DNA of 64,000 nt from Eubacteriales bacterium (GTDB lineage: Bacteria > Bacillota > Clostridia > Oscillospirales > CAG-272). Within the stretch, counting starts at the first letter, position 1. Each line of letters begins with the position of its first letter. A program made the position numbers and the translations under genes. Where the stretch lies: the NCBI GenBank assembly GCA_045643945.1, contig JAZRGA010000066.1, forward strand, positions 677 to 64,676. The letters are read 5' to 3'. A model generated the notes under the pieces. That model searched no databases. It had not been told where the DNA came from and saw only the letters and a program-made list of their open reading frames with translations. This document shows, piece after piece, positions 18,904 to 27,922 of this stretch.

Positions 18904-20400
18904 ATGGGAAAATCAACAAAAATATTATCAGTTCTGTTAGCGGCAACAATGCTTTCAAGCTCTGCGTTTTTATTTTCGTGTGAGAAGCCCTCAAATGAAG
19001 CGGAGGGAGCAACCGATAATGCGGTTGTTGCGTCTAACTACATCATCAAAACCGAAATTAAGGACGGTTGCATCTGGGTAACGTACAGTAACGCCCCCGA
19101 CACTCCCGTTAATATCGGTGCTATGGGTGTCAACGGCGAAACCTCATCGGAAACAACTCTTACCTATATGCCTCTCCCCGACGGCTCGTACGGTGTTACT
19201 GCGGGTAATTCAAGATATCTTGATACAATAGTTATCCCCGAAACATTTAACGGAAAGCCTATAACAACTATTGTAGAAAACGCCTTTAACGGCGCAACAC
19301 ATCTGAAAAATATAACTATTCCAAGCAGCGTTACAAGCGTTGGAGATAACGCATTTTTTAACTGCGGCGAGCTTCAGTACAACGAGCACGATAACGCCTT
19401 GTATCTTGGTAACCACGAAAATCCTTATCTTGTCCTTGTAAAGGCTAAGGATGCTACCATAACGAGATGCGCGGTAAGCGAAAAGACCGTTGCTATCTGC
19501 GACAATGCATTTTACGGTTGTACCGAGCTTACGTCTATTTCTATTCCGAGCAGTGTTAAGAGCATAGGCTCATATGCTTTCCAGGGATGCGCCTCGCTCG
19601 GTGAGGCAAATATTCCCGAGGGATGCACGTTTATCGGTACTGAAACCTTTGACGGATGCGCTTCTCTTTCAAAAATAACCATCCCCTCAACCGTTACCAA
19701 TATCGGTATGTCGGCTTTTTCGAACTGTGTATCGCTCAAAGAGGTATCATTTGCTAAAAATAGCGCTCTTACAAGCATTGCAAACGCCGCATTTAGCGGT
19801 TGTAAGAGTCTTAAATCGATAACCGTTCCAAAGAGTGTTAAGCTTATTGGAGATAATAAGGCTACAATTAACACAAACGGCGTATTTAACGGTTGCTCAT
19901 CGCTTGAAAAGGTTACGTTTGAGGAAGGCTCTGTATTAGAGCAGATAGGAAACTTTGCATTCGCATCCTGCTCAAAGCTTGAAAGCATTTCTCTCCCCGC
20001 AAGCGTTAAGCAGATTGGTCACTCGTCCTTCAGAGCATCGGGACTTAAGAGCATAGAGCTTCCCGCAAGCCTTACCACGGTTGGCGACAATACCTTCTAC
20101 GGATGTAAATCGCTTAAGACCGTTACCTTTGGTAACAAGCTTAACAGAATAGGATATCAAGCGTTTGCGGCTTGTCAATCATTGAATAACGTAGTTATTC
20201 CCGAAAGCGTAAAGATTATCGGTCAGGCGGCGTTTAACGAGGGTTGCACAAGTCTTGATTCTATCGAATTTAAGGACGTAAGCGGTTGGTATGACGTGGC
20301 GAAAATGGAAAAAATCGACCCTGTTAAGTTCAGCGATCCCGCTACCGCTGCGGAAATGTTGAAGCAGGCAAATACATATTCAGCAGGCTTCTGCAAATAA
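18904..20400 (+). CDS. BspA-type leucine-rich-repeat surface lipoprotein
   Basis: MGKSTKILSVLLAATMLSSSAFLFSC lipobox. Repeated IPSSVxSIGxxAFxxCxSL units. The ATG at 18904 follows AAGGAGG. The track start at 18862 lies about at the predicted TSS. Confidence 0.85.
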   Translation: MGKSTKILSVLLAATMLSSSAFLFSCEKPSNEAEGATDNAVVASNYIIKTEIKDGCIWVTYSNAPDTPVNIGAMGVNGETSSETTLTYMPLPDGSYGVTAGNSRYLDTIVIPETFNGKPITTIVENAFNGATHLKNITIPSSVTSVGDNAFFNCGELQYNEHDNALYLGNHENPYLVLVKAKDATITRCAVSEKTVAICDNAFYGCTELTSISIPSSVKSIGSYAFQGCASLGEANIPEGCTFIGTETFDGCASLSKITIPSTVTNIGMSAFSNCVSLKEVSFAKNSALTSIANAAFSGCKSLKSITVPKSVKLIGDNKATINTNGVFNGCSSLEKVTFEEGSVLEQIGNFAFASCSKLESISLPASVKQIGHSSFRASGLKSIELPASLTTVGDNTFYGCKSLKTVTFGNKLNRIGYQAFAACQSLNNVVIPESVKIIGQAAFNEGCTSLDSIEFKDVSGWYDVAKMEKIDPVKFSDPATAAEMLKQANTYSAGFCK

Positions 20401-20417
20401 TTAAATAGTATTATTTT

Positions 20418-20457
20418 CGGCTATCTCGAAATCAAGCTCGGGATAGCCGCTTTTTTT
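20418..20457 (+). terminator. Rho-independent terminator after the LRR gene
   Basis: Stem CGGCTATC/GATAGCCG (20418..20449) followed by T7. Confidence 0.7.
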
Positions 20458-20458
20458 G

Positions 20459-20487
20459 TTGACTTTTTACCTTTTTTACTGTATAAT
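20459..20487 (+). promoter_or_regulatory. Sigma-A type promoter of ygiQ-flavodoxin
   Basis: TTGACT (20459..20464), 17 nt, TATAAT (20482..20487). Confidence 0.55.
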
Positions 20488-20533
20488 AATATAAGAAATA
20501 TTTTTTATACCAATGCTATGAGAGGTTTTTAAA

Positions 20534-22489
20534 ATGGGATTTTTGCCGATAAATAAAAAAGATATGAACGAGCTTGGATGGGACAGACCCGATTTCGTTT
20601 ATGTATGCGGTGACGCATACGTCGACCATCCGTCCTTTGGCGCGGCTATTATTTCGCGTGTTCTTGAAAACGCAGGCTTCAGAGTTGCTATTTTAGCGCA
20701 ACCCGATTATACAAGTGCCGACGCATTTAAGGAATTTGGCAAGCCCAGACTCGGATTTTTGGTTTCGGCAGGAAATATCGACTCTATGGTAGCACATTAC
20801 ACCGCCGCAAAGAAAAAGCGCTCAAGCGATTATTATTCGGCAGGCGGAAAAGCGGGAAAGCGCCCCGACCGCGCGACGATAGTTTACTGCAACAGAGTTC
20901 GTGAGGCGTACGGTGATATACCGATAATTATAGGCGGTCTTGAAGCATCCTTGCGCCGCTTTGCTCACTATGACTATTGGTCAAACACGGTAAGACGCTC
21001 TATACTTATTGATAGCCGTGCAGATATCCTCACCTATGGTATGGGCGAAAATATACTTTTGCGCATCGCCTCCCTGCTTGATAAGGGCGTACCTGTAAAA
21101 AAGATACGTGATGTCAGAGGTACGGTATATCTCGCAAAGCCCGAGGATAAAATACATTTCCCCGTAGCGGCGGAATTTGATTATAACGAATTAAAGGAAA
21201 ATAAGAAAAAATACGCAGAGGCATTTGGAATACAGTACAAAAATCAAGATGCAATAAACGGCAAGGCGATAGTCGAATATTACGACGGAAAAATGCTCGT
21301 TCAAAATCCGCCTATGCCCCCTCTTGAGCGTGAGGAGCTTGACAAGGTATATGCACTTCCCTATATGCGCACCTATCACCCGATATATGAAAAGGATGGC
21401 GGCGTTCCCGCTATCGAGGAGGTACGCTTTTCTCTTACCCATAACCGCGGTTGCTTCGGTGCTTGTAACTTCTGCGCTCTCGCCTTTCACCAAGGACGCA
21501 CAGTTCGCTCACGAAGCATTGAAAGCGTAGTTGAGGAAGCAAAGAAAATAACCGAAATGACCGACTTTAAGGGATATATTCACGACGTTGGCGGTCCTAC
21601 CGCAAACTTCCGTTATCCCGCATGCAAAAAGCAATTAAAGGACGGTGTTTGCTCAAGTCGTAAATGCCTTGCTCCTACCCCTTGCAAAAATCTTATTGCC
21701 GACCATTCGGAATATATAAAGCTTATCGAAGCTATCGAAAGTCTACCCAAGGTTAAAAAGGTATTTATCCGTTCAGGAATACGCTTTGACTATCTGCTTG
21801 CCGACAGTGACGAATCATTCTTTAAAAAGCTTGTTCGTGACAACGTAAGCGGTCAGCTTAAGGTTGCGCCCGAGCATTGCTCCTCGGCGGTTCTTCGTTG
21901 TATGGGTAAGCCCGAATTTACAGTTTACGAGCGCTTTCGTAAGCGTTATTTTGAGCTTACAAAATCAATCGGCAAGGAGCAATATCTTGTTCCCTACCTT
22001 ATGTCAAGCCACCCCGGCTCGACCCTTGAGGATGCGCTTGAGCTTGCCATTTGCTTAAAGCGTGACGGCTATGCTCCCGAGCAGGTTCAAGACTATTACC
22101 CGACTCCTGGCACCGCCTCAACTGTTATGTTCTACACGGGAATTGACCCGCTCACTATGAAATCTGTTTACGTTGCTACCGATTATCACGAAAAGCAGCT
22201 TCAACGCGCTCTGCTTCAGTATAACCGTCCGCAAAATGCGCCTTTGGTTCGTGAAGCACTTATCAAGCTTGGACGCGAAGACCTTATAGGCTACGGAGCA
22301 GAATGTCTTGTTCGACCCGAAAGAAGCGCCATCCCTCAAAAAACGAAGCAAGCACAACAAAAAACAACGCCCAAAAGTGCAAAGCAAAATAAAAAGGATG
22401 AAAAATCGCAGGAAAGACCAACAGGAAAGCGAAAAACGAGCCTTAGTAAGCACATAAAGAGCAAGAAAGGCGGAAAAAATAAAAAATGA
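20534..22489 (+). CDS. ygiQ: YgiQ-family (UPF0313) radical SAM protein with a Lys-rich C-terminal tail
   Basis: N-terminus [11 protein letters not shown]...[18 protein letters not shown] and the radical SAM motif CFGACNFC. Confidence 0.88.
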   Translation: MGFLPINKKDMNELGWDRPDFVYVCGDAYVDHPSFGAAIISRVLENAGFRVAILAQPDYTSADAFKEFGKPRLGFLVSAGNIDSMVAHYTAAKKKRSSDYYSAGGKAGKRPDRATIVYCNRVREAYGDIPIIIGGLEASLRRFAHYDYWSNTVRRSILIDSRADILTYGMGENILLRIASLLDKGVPVKKIRDVRGTVYLAKPEDKIHFPVAAEFDYNELKENKKKYAEAFGIQYKNQDAINGKAIVEYYDGKMLVQNPPMPPLEREELDKVYALPYMRTYHPIYEKDGGVPAIEEVRFSLTHNRGCFGACNFCALAFHQGRTVRSRSIESVVEEAKKITEMTDFKGYIHDVGGPTANFRYPACKKQLKDGVCSSRKCLAPTPCKNLIADHSEYIKLIEAIESLPKVKKVFIRSGIRFDYLLADSDESFFKKLVRDNVSGQLKVAPEHCSSAVLRCMGKPEFTVYERFRKRYFELTKSIGKEQYLVPYLMSSHPGSTLEDALELAICLKRDGYAPEQVQDYYPTPGTASTVMFYTGIDPLTMKSVYVATDYHEKQLQRALLQYNRPQNAPLVREALIKLGREDLIGYGAECLVRPERSAIPQKTKQAQQKTTPKSAKQNKKDEKSQERPTGKRKTSLSKHIKSKKGGKNKK

Positions 22490-23004
22490 AAATTTTAATT
22501 ATTTACGCCTCAAAAAACGGAGTAGCAAAAAAATGCGCCGAAAAACTATCTGCCGAGCTTTCACAGACCAACGAGGTTTCACTGTACGATATAAACGAAG
22601 CACCACCCGCACCGAATGAATTTGACGTTATCATCCTCGGTGGCTCTATACGGTTTACAAAGCTTAGTAAAAGGCTTAAGAAATATCTTAAGGAGCATAT
22701 CGAAATTATATCAAATATGCCGAGCGCATTCTTTTTCTGTTGCGGAATAATTCGTGATTTCGACGATTATAAAACCACCGAGCTTCCGTCAAAAATTCAT
22801 TTTTCCTTAGGCGTTGAGTGCTTTGGCGGTGAACTTAAGCCAGACAAGCTTAAAGGCTTTGATAAAATGATAGTTAACGCTATGCGACAAAGCATTCTCA
22901 CGCAGGATTCCGACCTCAGAAATTCAAGTGATTTGGAGCTTCCCGAATTTCTACCTGAAAACATCCTCGCTCTTGCCGAGAGAATTAAGAGGCTAACAAA
23001 ATAA
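22486..23004 (+). CDS. Flavodoxin-domain protein
   Basis: [21 protein letters not shown] and [10 protein letters not shown]. The start overlaps the ygiQ stop (ATGA). Confidence 0.75.
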   Translation: MKILIIYASKNGVAKKCAEKLSAELSQTNEVSLYDINEAPPAPNEFDVIILGGSIRFTKLSKRLKKYLKEHIEIISNMPSAFFFCCGIIRDFDDYKTTELPSKIHFSLGVECFGGELKPDKLKGFDKMIVNAMRQSILTQDSDLRNSSDLELPEFLPENILALAERIKRLTK

Positions 23005-23077
23005 TTTTTAGCAAAATTGCACAAAAATACAACTCTTTACCCTACCTTTATTTGTAATTGATGAAATCATTTTTTTC

Positions 23078-23106
23078 TTGACAAAATAATGTTTTTGTGG
23101 TATCAT
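23078..23106 (+). promoter_or_regulatory. Sigma-A type promoter of tRNA-Lys
   Basis: TTGACA (23078..23083), 17 nt ending in TGG, TATCAT (23101..23106). Confidence 0.55.
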
Positions 23107-23130
23107 ATATAGGTAGGTTAAAGAGAATAT

Positions 23131-23206
23131 GATCCACTAGCTCAGATGGTAGAGCACTTGACTTTTAATCAAGGGGCCCGGAGCTCGAGTCTCCGGTGGA
23201 TCACCA
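23131..23206 (+). tRNA. tRNA-Lys (anticodon UUU)
   Basis: Hand-folded cloverleaf: acceptor GATCCAC/GTGGATC, D arm GCTC/GAGC, anticodon arm CTTGA-CTTTTAA-TCAAG, T arm CGGAG/CTCCG, encoded CCA. The T loop reads CTCGAGT, which puts an unusual C at position 54. Confidence 0.85.
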
Positions 23207-23245
23207 AAAAAAAGCTAAATCGAATTTTCGATTTAGCTTTTTTTA
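23207..23245 (+). terminator. Rho-independent terminator after tRNA-Lys
   Basis: Perfect 11-bp stem AGCTAAATCGA/TCGATTTAGCT (23213..23238) with an A-run before it and T7 after it. Confidence 0.8.
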
Positions 23246-23347
23246 TACCTTTCAACAGTCTTTTTTTACCTATTAATCAAAATATATTGACTTTGTTTAA
23301 AAATTGTTTTAAACTATAATCACAGTACAAAATTCAAGGAGAAGCCT

Positions 23348-24268
23348 ATGAATTCAAGCAACATAATCGAAATATCTAATTTACGCAAATGCTTTGGTGA
23401 TATAGTTGCCGTCGACAACCTCTCGTTTAAGGTGCGAGGCGGTGAGCTTTTCGCTTTTTTGGGAGTAAACGGAGCGGGAAAATCCACTACTATAAACATT
23501 ATGTGCGGTCAGCTTTCAAAGGATAGCGGAGATATTCTGATAAACGGTAAAAGCATTGACAAAAGCATATCCGAAATAAAAAGCGACCTTGGCGTAGTAT
23601 TTCAAGGCTCTGTACTCGACTCTGCGCTAAGCGTTTATGACAATCTTCAAAGCCGCGCGGCACTCTACGGTATAACGGGCGAAAATTTTAAGAGCCGCCT
23701 CAACGAGCTTTCCGAGCTTTTAGCCTTTAAGGATATTTTAAAACGCCCTTACGGCAAGCTTTCGGGAGGTCAACGCAGACGGATAGATATTGCGCGCGCA
23801 CTTCTCCACAAGCCCAAAATTCTAATCTTAGACGAGCCTACAACGGGGCTTGACCCACAAACGAGAAATCTTTTATGGAGCGTTATAGCAAATCTTCGTG
23901 CCTCTGAGGGTATGACGGTATTTCTCACCACACACTATATGGAGGAAGCCGCGGACGCCGACTACGTTGTTATACTCGATAGCGGAAAAATCGCGGCAGA
24001 GGGAACTCCTCTCGAGTTAAAAAACAATTACACAAGCGACTTTATAACGCTCTACAATGCAGACGAGCAATCGGTAATATCCCTTGGACTCGATTACGAG
24101 CGCATACGCGATGCTTATCGGATATCCGTACCGAATACGCGCAAGGCAACCGAAATCATAATTAAAAATCCCGAGTTATTTACCGACTACGAAATCGTAA
24201 AAGGAAAAATGGACGATGTTTTTCTTACTGTTACGGGAAAAAATCTTCAAGGAGGTAAAATCGAATGA
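23348..24268 (+). CDS. ABC transporter ATP-binding protein (ABC-2/DrrA-like)
   Basis: Walker A GVNGAGKST, signature LSGGQRRR, Walker B ILILDEPT. Confidence 0.9.
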   Translation: MNSSNIIEISNLRKCFGDIVAVDNLSFKVRGGELFAFLGVNGAGKSTTINIMCGQLSKDSGDILINGKSIDKSISEIKSDLGVVFQGSVLDSALSVYDNLQSRAALYGITGENFKSRLNELSELLAFKDILKRPYGKLSGGQRRRIDIARALLHKPKILILDEPTTGLDPQTRNLLWSVIANLRASEGMTVFLTTHYMEEAADADYVVILDSGKIAAEGTPLELKNNYTSDFITLYNADEQSVISLGLDYERIRDAYRISVPNTRKATEIIIKNPELFTDYEIVKGKMDDVFLTVTGKNLQGGKIE

Positions 24269-25161
24269 ACCGCACGTCTTTACTTATAAAAAGAAACGTA
24301 AAGCTATTTTTTAAGGACAAGGGAATGTTCTTTACCGCCCTTATAACGCCCGCCATTCTCTTGGTGCTTTACGCCACGTTTTTGGGAAACGTCTACCGAG
24401 ATTCCTTTTTAGCAAATCTTCCTAACGCTTCTTCTTTATCGGAAAAGCTTATCAACGGACTCGTCGGCTCGCAGCTTGTATCCTCTATTCTTGCGGTATC
24501 CTGCGTAACGGTTGCCTTTTGCTCTAACTTTCTTATGGTCAGCGATAAGGCAAACGGAACGATTAAAGACCTTGCTATCTCTCCTACAAAAAGCTCAACG
24601 CTTGCTATAAGCTATTATGTCGCCACGATAATATCGACTCTGACAATCTGCATCATAGCAACAATTATCTGCCTTGTTTATTTGTATGCGGTTGGATTTT
24701 TTATGAGTGCGCTTGACGTGCTTCTGTTATTTATTGACGTTATTCTTCTCGTACTTTTCGGTACTGCCCTTTCGTCAATTATAAACATTTTTCTTTCATC
24801 ACAGGGTCAGATATCGGCAGTCGGAACGATAGTAAGCTCGGGATACGGATTTATCTGCGGCGCATATATGCCGCTTTCCTCCTTTGGCGATGGCTTGCAA
24901 AAAATCATTTCATTTCTTCCGGGCACGTACGCGACCGCTCTTATACGAAACCACTCTATGCGAGGCGCTCTTTTAGAATTAGAAAACGAGGGCATCACGT
25001 CTGACGCAGTTAACGCCTTAAAGGATGCTATGGATTGCAATATTTATTTCTTTGAGAATAAGGTTGATATATCGACGATGTATATAATTCTTGGAGCATC
25101 GACCGCTATTCTACTTGGAATATATATTCTTATTAACGTCTTAAAAAAGAAATCAAAATAA
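24265..25161 (+). CDS. ABC-2 type transporter permease
   Basis: Six predicted hydrophobic helices. The start overlaps the ATPase stop (ATGA). Confidence 0.8.
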   Translation: MNRTSLLIKRNVKLFFKDKGMFFTALITPAILLVLYATFLGNVYRDSFLANLPNASSLSEKLINGLVGSQLVSSILAVSCVTVAFCSNFLMVSDKANGTIKDLAISPTKSSTLAISYYVATIISTLTICIIATIICLVYLYAVGFFMSALDVLLLFIDVILLVLFGTALSSIINIFLSSQGQISAVGTIVSSGYGFICGAYMPLSSFGDGLQKIISFLPGTYATALIRNHSMRGALLELENEGITSDAVNALKDAMDCNIYFFENKVDISTMYIILGASTAILLGIYILINVLKKKSK

Positions 25162-25173
25162 TAAATTAAAACG

Positions 25174-25206
25174 AAAAAAGACCCGAAGAAATCTTCAGGT
25201 CTTTTT
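25174..25206. terminator. Bidirectional terminator shared by the ABC operon and tRNA-Thr
   Basis: Stem AGACCCGAAG/CTTCAGGTCT (9 of 10 pairs) with loop AAAT. An A-run lies on one side and a T-run on the other. Confidence 0.65.
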
Positions 25207-25282
25207 TGGAGCTGGTAATCAGAATCGAACTGATGACCTCGTCATTACCAATGACGTGCTCTACCGACTGAGCCATACCAGC
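25207..25282 (-). tRNA. tRNA-Thr (anticodon GGU)
   Basis: The reverse complement folds as GCTGGTA..TACCAGC acceptor, D arm GCTC/GAGC, anticodon arm CGTCA-TTGGTAA-TGACG, T arm ATCAG-TTCGATT-CTGAT, discriminator T and encoded CCA. Confidence 0.92.
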
Positions 25283-25291
25283 AACATTAAA

Positions 25292-25320
25292 ATTATACCA
25301 CAGCACTATATATTTGTCAA
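25292..25320 (-). promoter_or_regulatory. Sigma-A type promoter of tRNA-Thr
   Basis: Minus strand reads TTGACA (25320..25315), 17 nt ending in TGG, TATAAT (25297..25292). Confidence 0.6.
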
Positions 25321-25348
25321 TACTTTTTTGAAACTTTTTTAAAAATAC

Positions 25349-25377
25349 TTGAATTTTTTTTGAAAATATTATATAAT
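25349..25377 (+). promoter_or_regulatory. Candidate promoter of the PHP-domain gene
   Basis: TTGAAT (25349..25354), 17 nt, TATAAT (25372..25377). Confidence 0.45.
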
Positions 25378-25429
25378 TAATTTGTAAATTTATAATAAAT
25401 GCAAATCAAAGGACGAATACGGCAAAAAT

Positions 25430-26137
25430 ATGAATTTTAAAAATATTTTAAGCGATTATCCCTACACGACCGAGCTTCACGCCCACACAAATCCCGCAAG
25501 CTTTTGCGGTGACTTCCCCGCTAACGAGGTAGTCGACTTCTACCGTGCGGCGGGCGTTACTACGCTCTCGATTACAAATCATTTTAACTCAACCCTTACA
25601 GCTGGAGATTTAAAGGAAAACATAAAGCGCTATCTTGAGGATTTCTATTTAGCAAAGGAAAGCGCAAAAAATGATATAAATATTATTTTGGGCATTGAAA
25701 TTCGCTTTGATGGCTCAAATAACGATTACCTCGTTTTCGGAATAAATGAGGACGAGCTTTCATTTTATGCCGAGCTTACCCCTTACGGAATAGAAAATTT
25801 CTATAAGCAAGCAAAAAACGAGCGTAATGTCATAATTCAAGCGCACCCATTCAGAAAAGGAGTTACGCTTGCGCCAATCGAAGCAATAGACGGCGTTGAA
25901 GCATATAACCTGCACCCAAACCATAATCAAAGAAATGCGCTTGCTATGCAACACGCAAGAAAAAATGCGCTTTTGGTTACGGGCGGAAGTGATTTCCACC
26001 ACGTCACGCATCACGCCCTCTGCCTTATGAGAACTAAAAACGAATTAAAAAGCTCTCTTGACGTAGCGACAGCTATAAAGTCAAAGGATGTTATCTTTGA
26101 TTGCAGCGGAAATATTATTATTCCATATATTTACTGA
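25430..26137 (+). CDS. PHP (polymerase/histidinol phosphatase) domain protein
   Basis: ELHAHTNPAS metal-binding start, then later AHPFR and GGSDFHH motifs. Confidence 0.75.
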   Translation: MNFKNILSDYPYTTELHAHTNPASFCGDFPANEVVDFYRAAGVTTLSITNHFNSTLTAGDLKENIKRYLEDFYLAKESAKNDINIILGIEIRFDGSNNDYLVFGINEDELSFYAELTPYGIENFYKQAKNERNVIIQAHPFRKGVTLAPIEAIDGVEAYNLHPNHNQRNALAMQHARKNALLVTGGSDFHHVTHHALCLMRTKNELKSSLDVATAIKSKDVIFDCSGNIIIPYIY

Positions 26138-26166
26138 TTTATAAAGCAAAAAACGGAGGACTGACA

Positions 26167-26457
26167 ATGGCTAAAAGATATTACTGGGAAATTCCCGAAA
26201 ACGAAACCGACCTTGAAACGGGTCTTGAAACGGGTAAAATTATTACGCACAAAATTCACCTTTCCTGTTCAAATCTTACGGGAAAAATAATTATTACCAT
26301 CGACGGCACTAAATTCGATATAAGCGAAAAGCCCTTTTCTCTCAAAAAGGTCGAGCAAATGTTCCGCCTCGGTGAGCTTCCCGCTCTTATTTCATTTAAG
26401 AGCAAGGGCGGACCTACAATAACGGCAGATAATACGGTATATAAGCCGAAATATTAA
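26167..26457 (+). CDS. Hypothetical protein, 96 aa
   Basis: ATG at 26167 preceded by ACGGAGGA. The track start at 26101 overlaps the end of the PHP gene and has no SD. Confidence 0.6.
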   Translation: MAKRYYWEIPENETDLETGLETGKIITHKIHLSCSNLTGKIIITIDGTKFDISEKPFSLKKVEQMFRLGELPALISFKSKGGPTITADNTVYKPKY

Positions 26458-26472
26458 TGAAATGATAAAAAA

Positions 26473-26832
26473 GAGCCGACATACGGCTGACCTGCTTTAT
26501 CGCAGGTCAGCCGAACGATGTTTGCCCTTGCGGGCAAGTGATGTCGGCTTCGCCTAATGATGTAGCCTTTGGCTGTGATGTTGTGCTTTCGGCACAATGG
26601 GCAAACATCACATCACTCGCGACCATCGGGAGCAACATCACTATGAGCAAGGCGAATAACATCACTTTTGCGTAAGCAAAAACATCATTCCTTTACCATC
26701 CGAAAAGAAAATATCGTATAACACACTATACCTTGCAATGCAAGGTGTAGTGCAAAAGGGACGAGAAAATCTCGTCCCTTTTAATAATATTGAAAAAAAC
26801 TGCTTTATCGCAGGTCGCCGTACAGTCAGCTC
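26473..26832. repeat. Composite intergenic element: a bounding long-range inverted repeat, a 4+4 mirrored 8-mer/mini-hairpin array and internal hairpins
   Basis: GAGCCGACATACGGCTGACCTGC (26473..) is imperfectly complementary to GCAGGTCGCCGTACAGTCAGCTC (..26832). The 17-mer CTGCTTTATCGCAGGTC occurs at 26492 and 26800. GTGATGTT-type motifs occur at 26517, 26538, 26556 and 26575. AACATCAC occurs at 26604, 26634, 26658 and 26681. Confidence 0.7.
26754..26782 (-). terminator. Rho-independent terminator of the DUF4349-like gene (bidirectional shape)
   Basis: Perfect stem GGGACGAG/CTCGTCCC with loop AAAAT, flanked by A4 and T4. Confidence 0.75.
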
Positions 26833-26841
26833 TTTATATTT

Positions 26842-27759
26842 TTATTGGATATTATCCTTTTTTTCGTTTTTCTTCTTTTTTCTCTTAATTGAAACACGGG
26901 CGATAACTACTACAACGACAACAACCGCGCCCCAGATAAGCGCAAAGGGTAATACGTAAATAGCGCCTATAAAAAGCTCCTTAAAGAACTCTGTCACCGA
27001 CTCAATACTTCCCTTAAAGGCATCCGCTACCTCGTCACCATAAGTCTTTTCGTCAAGCTCGGTATACTCAACCACCTCGCGTACCGAAAGCGTTACCGTT
27101 GAAAAAGCAACCTTAGCTTCAAGTGTTTTTAACTGCTCGTTATAAATATTAAGCTGAGTATCTATATCGGTAAGTTCGTCGTTTATCTTTTTCCAAGTGC
27201 TAAAATCGGTATTCACGTCTACGTTTTTAAGCATAGACAAAAGTCCCTCTCTTTTCGCCTCAAGCGTGCTTATGCGAGCCTGCAAGGTGAAATAGCTTTC
27301 ACTAACGTCCTCTGTTGCAGTTGACAAATTAATAATATTAAAAATATCGGAAAGACTCTCTAAAAAGGAATCAAAGCTCTCAGAGGGAATTTTTAAGGTA
27401 TATTTTGCGTTCTTCTCTGGCTTACCGTTTGAATTATAGCTTGCATTCTCGCTTGCGCTTGAATTGGATATATGACCGCCAAGACTCGTTATCAATGCCT
27501 TAAGCTGCTCGGTGGATTTTTCATATTCCTTTGTTTCTGCCGTAATAGTTGCGATTTTGATTATTTTTGAGCCGTCACCCGTACCGCTCGTCGTTATATC
27601 CGCAGGCTTCTCAACGATATCGGCGCCGCTCATTCCGATTTCCATTTTGTTGCTATAATCACTGTCGCTTGCAACGCCCTTAGAGCCGCAAGAAACGATT
27701 GACAATGCCAAAGCAGTTATCAAAAGCATAGCAACGATAACAATAAATCTCTTTTTCAT
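26842..27759 (-). CDS. DUF4349-like lipoprotein with a C-terminal TM anchor
   Basis: Lipobox LSIVSC, a coiled-coil middle (TLQARISTLEAKREGL), a C-terminal helix WGAVVVVVVVIARV and a Lys-rich tail. GGGAGG SD. Confidence 0.8.
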   Translation of the reverse strand: MKKRFIVIVAMLLITALALSIVSCGSKGVASDSDYSNKMEIGMSGADIVEKPADITTSGTGDGSKIIKIATITAETKEYEKSTEQLKALITSLGGHISNSSASENASYNSNGKPEKNAKYTLKIPSESFDSFLESLSDIFNIINLSTATEDVSESYFTLQARISTLEAKREGLLSMLKNVDVNTDFSTWKKINDELTDIDTQLNIYNEQLKTLEAKVAFSTVTLSVREVVEYTELDEKTYGDEVADAFKGSIESVTEFFKELFIGAIYVLPFALIWGAVVVVVVVIARVSIKRKKKKNEKKDNIQ

Positions 27760-27867
27760 AGTTCCTCCCTATAATTTATTTTTTTGCCGTAGATTTCCAA
27801 TACTCTACAAAATCATTATATCACAACTTTTCTAAAAATACAATAGTATTCACAAAAAAATCAAAGT

Positions 27868-27902
27868 GGGACTGCCGAAAGCACAAAGCCTTAAGCAGTC
27901 CC
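27868..27902 (-). terminator. Terminator hairpin after the collagen-repeat gene (copy 1 of a duplicated ~55-bp module)
   Basis: GGGACTGC...GCAGTCCC stem followed on the minus strand by a T-rich tract. Nearly identical to 31103..31138. Confidence 0.65.
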
Positions 27903-27922
27903 AAAAAATTTTTATTTATTTT

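Noticed and set aside
23131-25282. ABC exporter operon bracketed by convergent tRNA-Lys and tRNA-Thr as an integrated island
   Set aside because: There is no integrase, no direct repeat of a tRNA 3' end and no obvious compositional change. This looks like an ordinary arrangement.
26738-26959. Track ORF of 73 aa (plus strand) ending in TTTTTAPQISAKGNT
   Set aside because: It is antisense to the 3' end of the DUF4349-like gene and spans its terminator. Its poly-F and poly-T runs reflect the complement of the Lys/Val runs.
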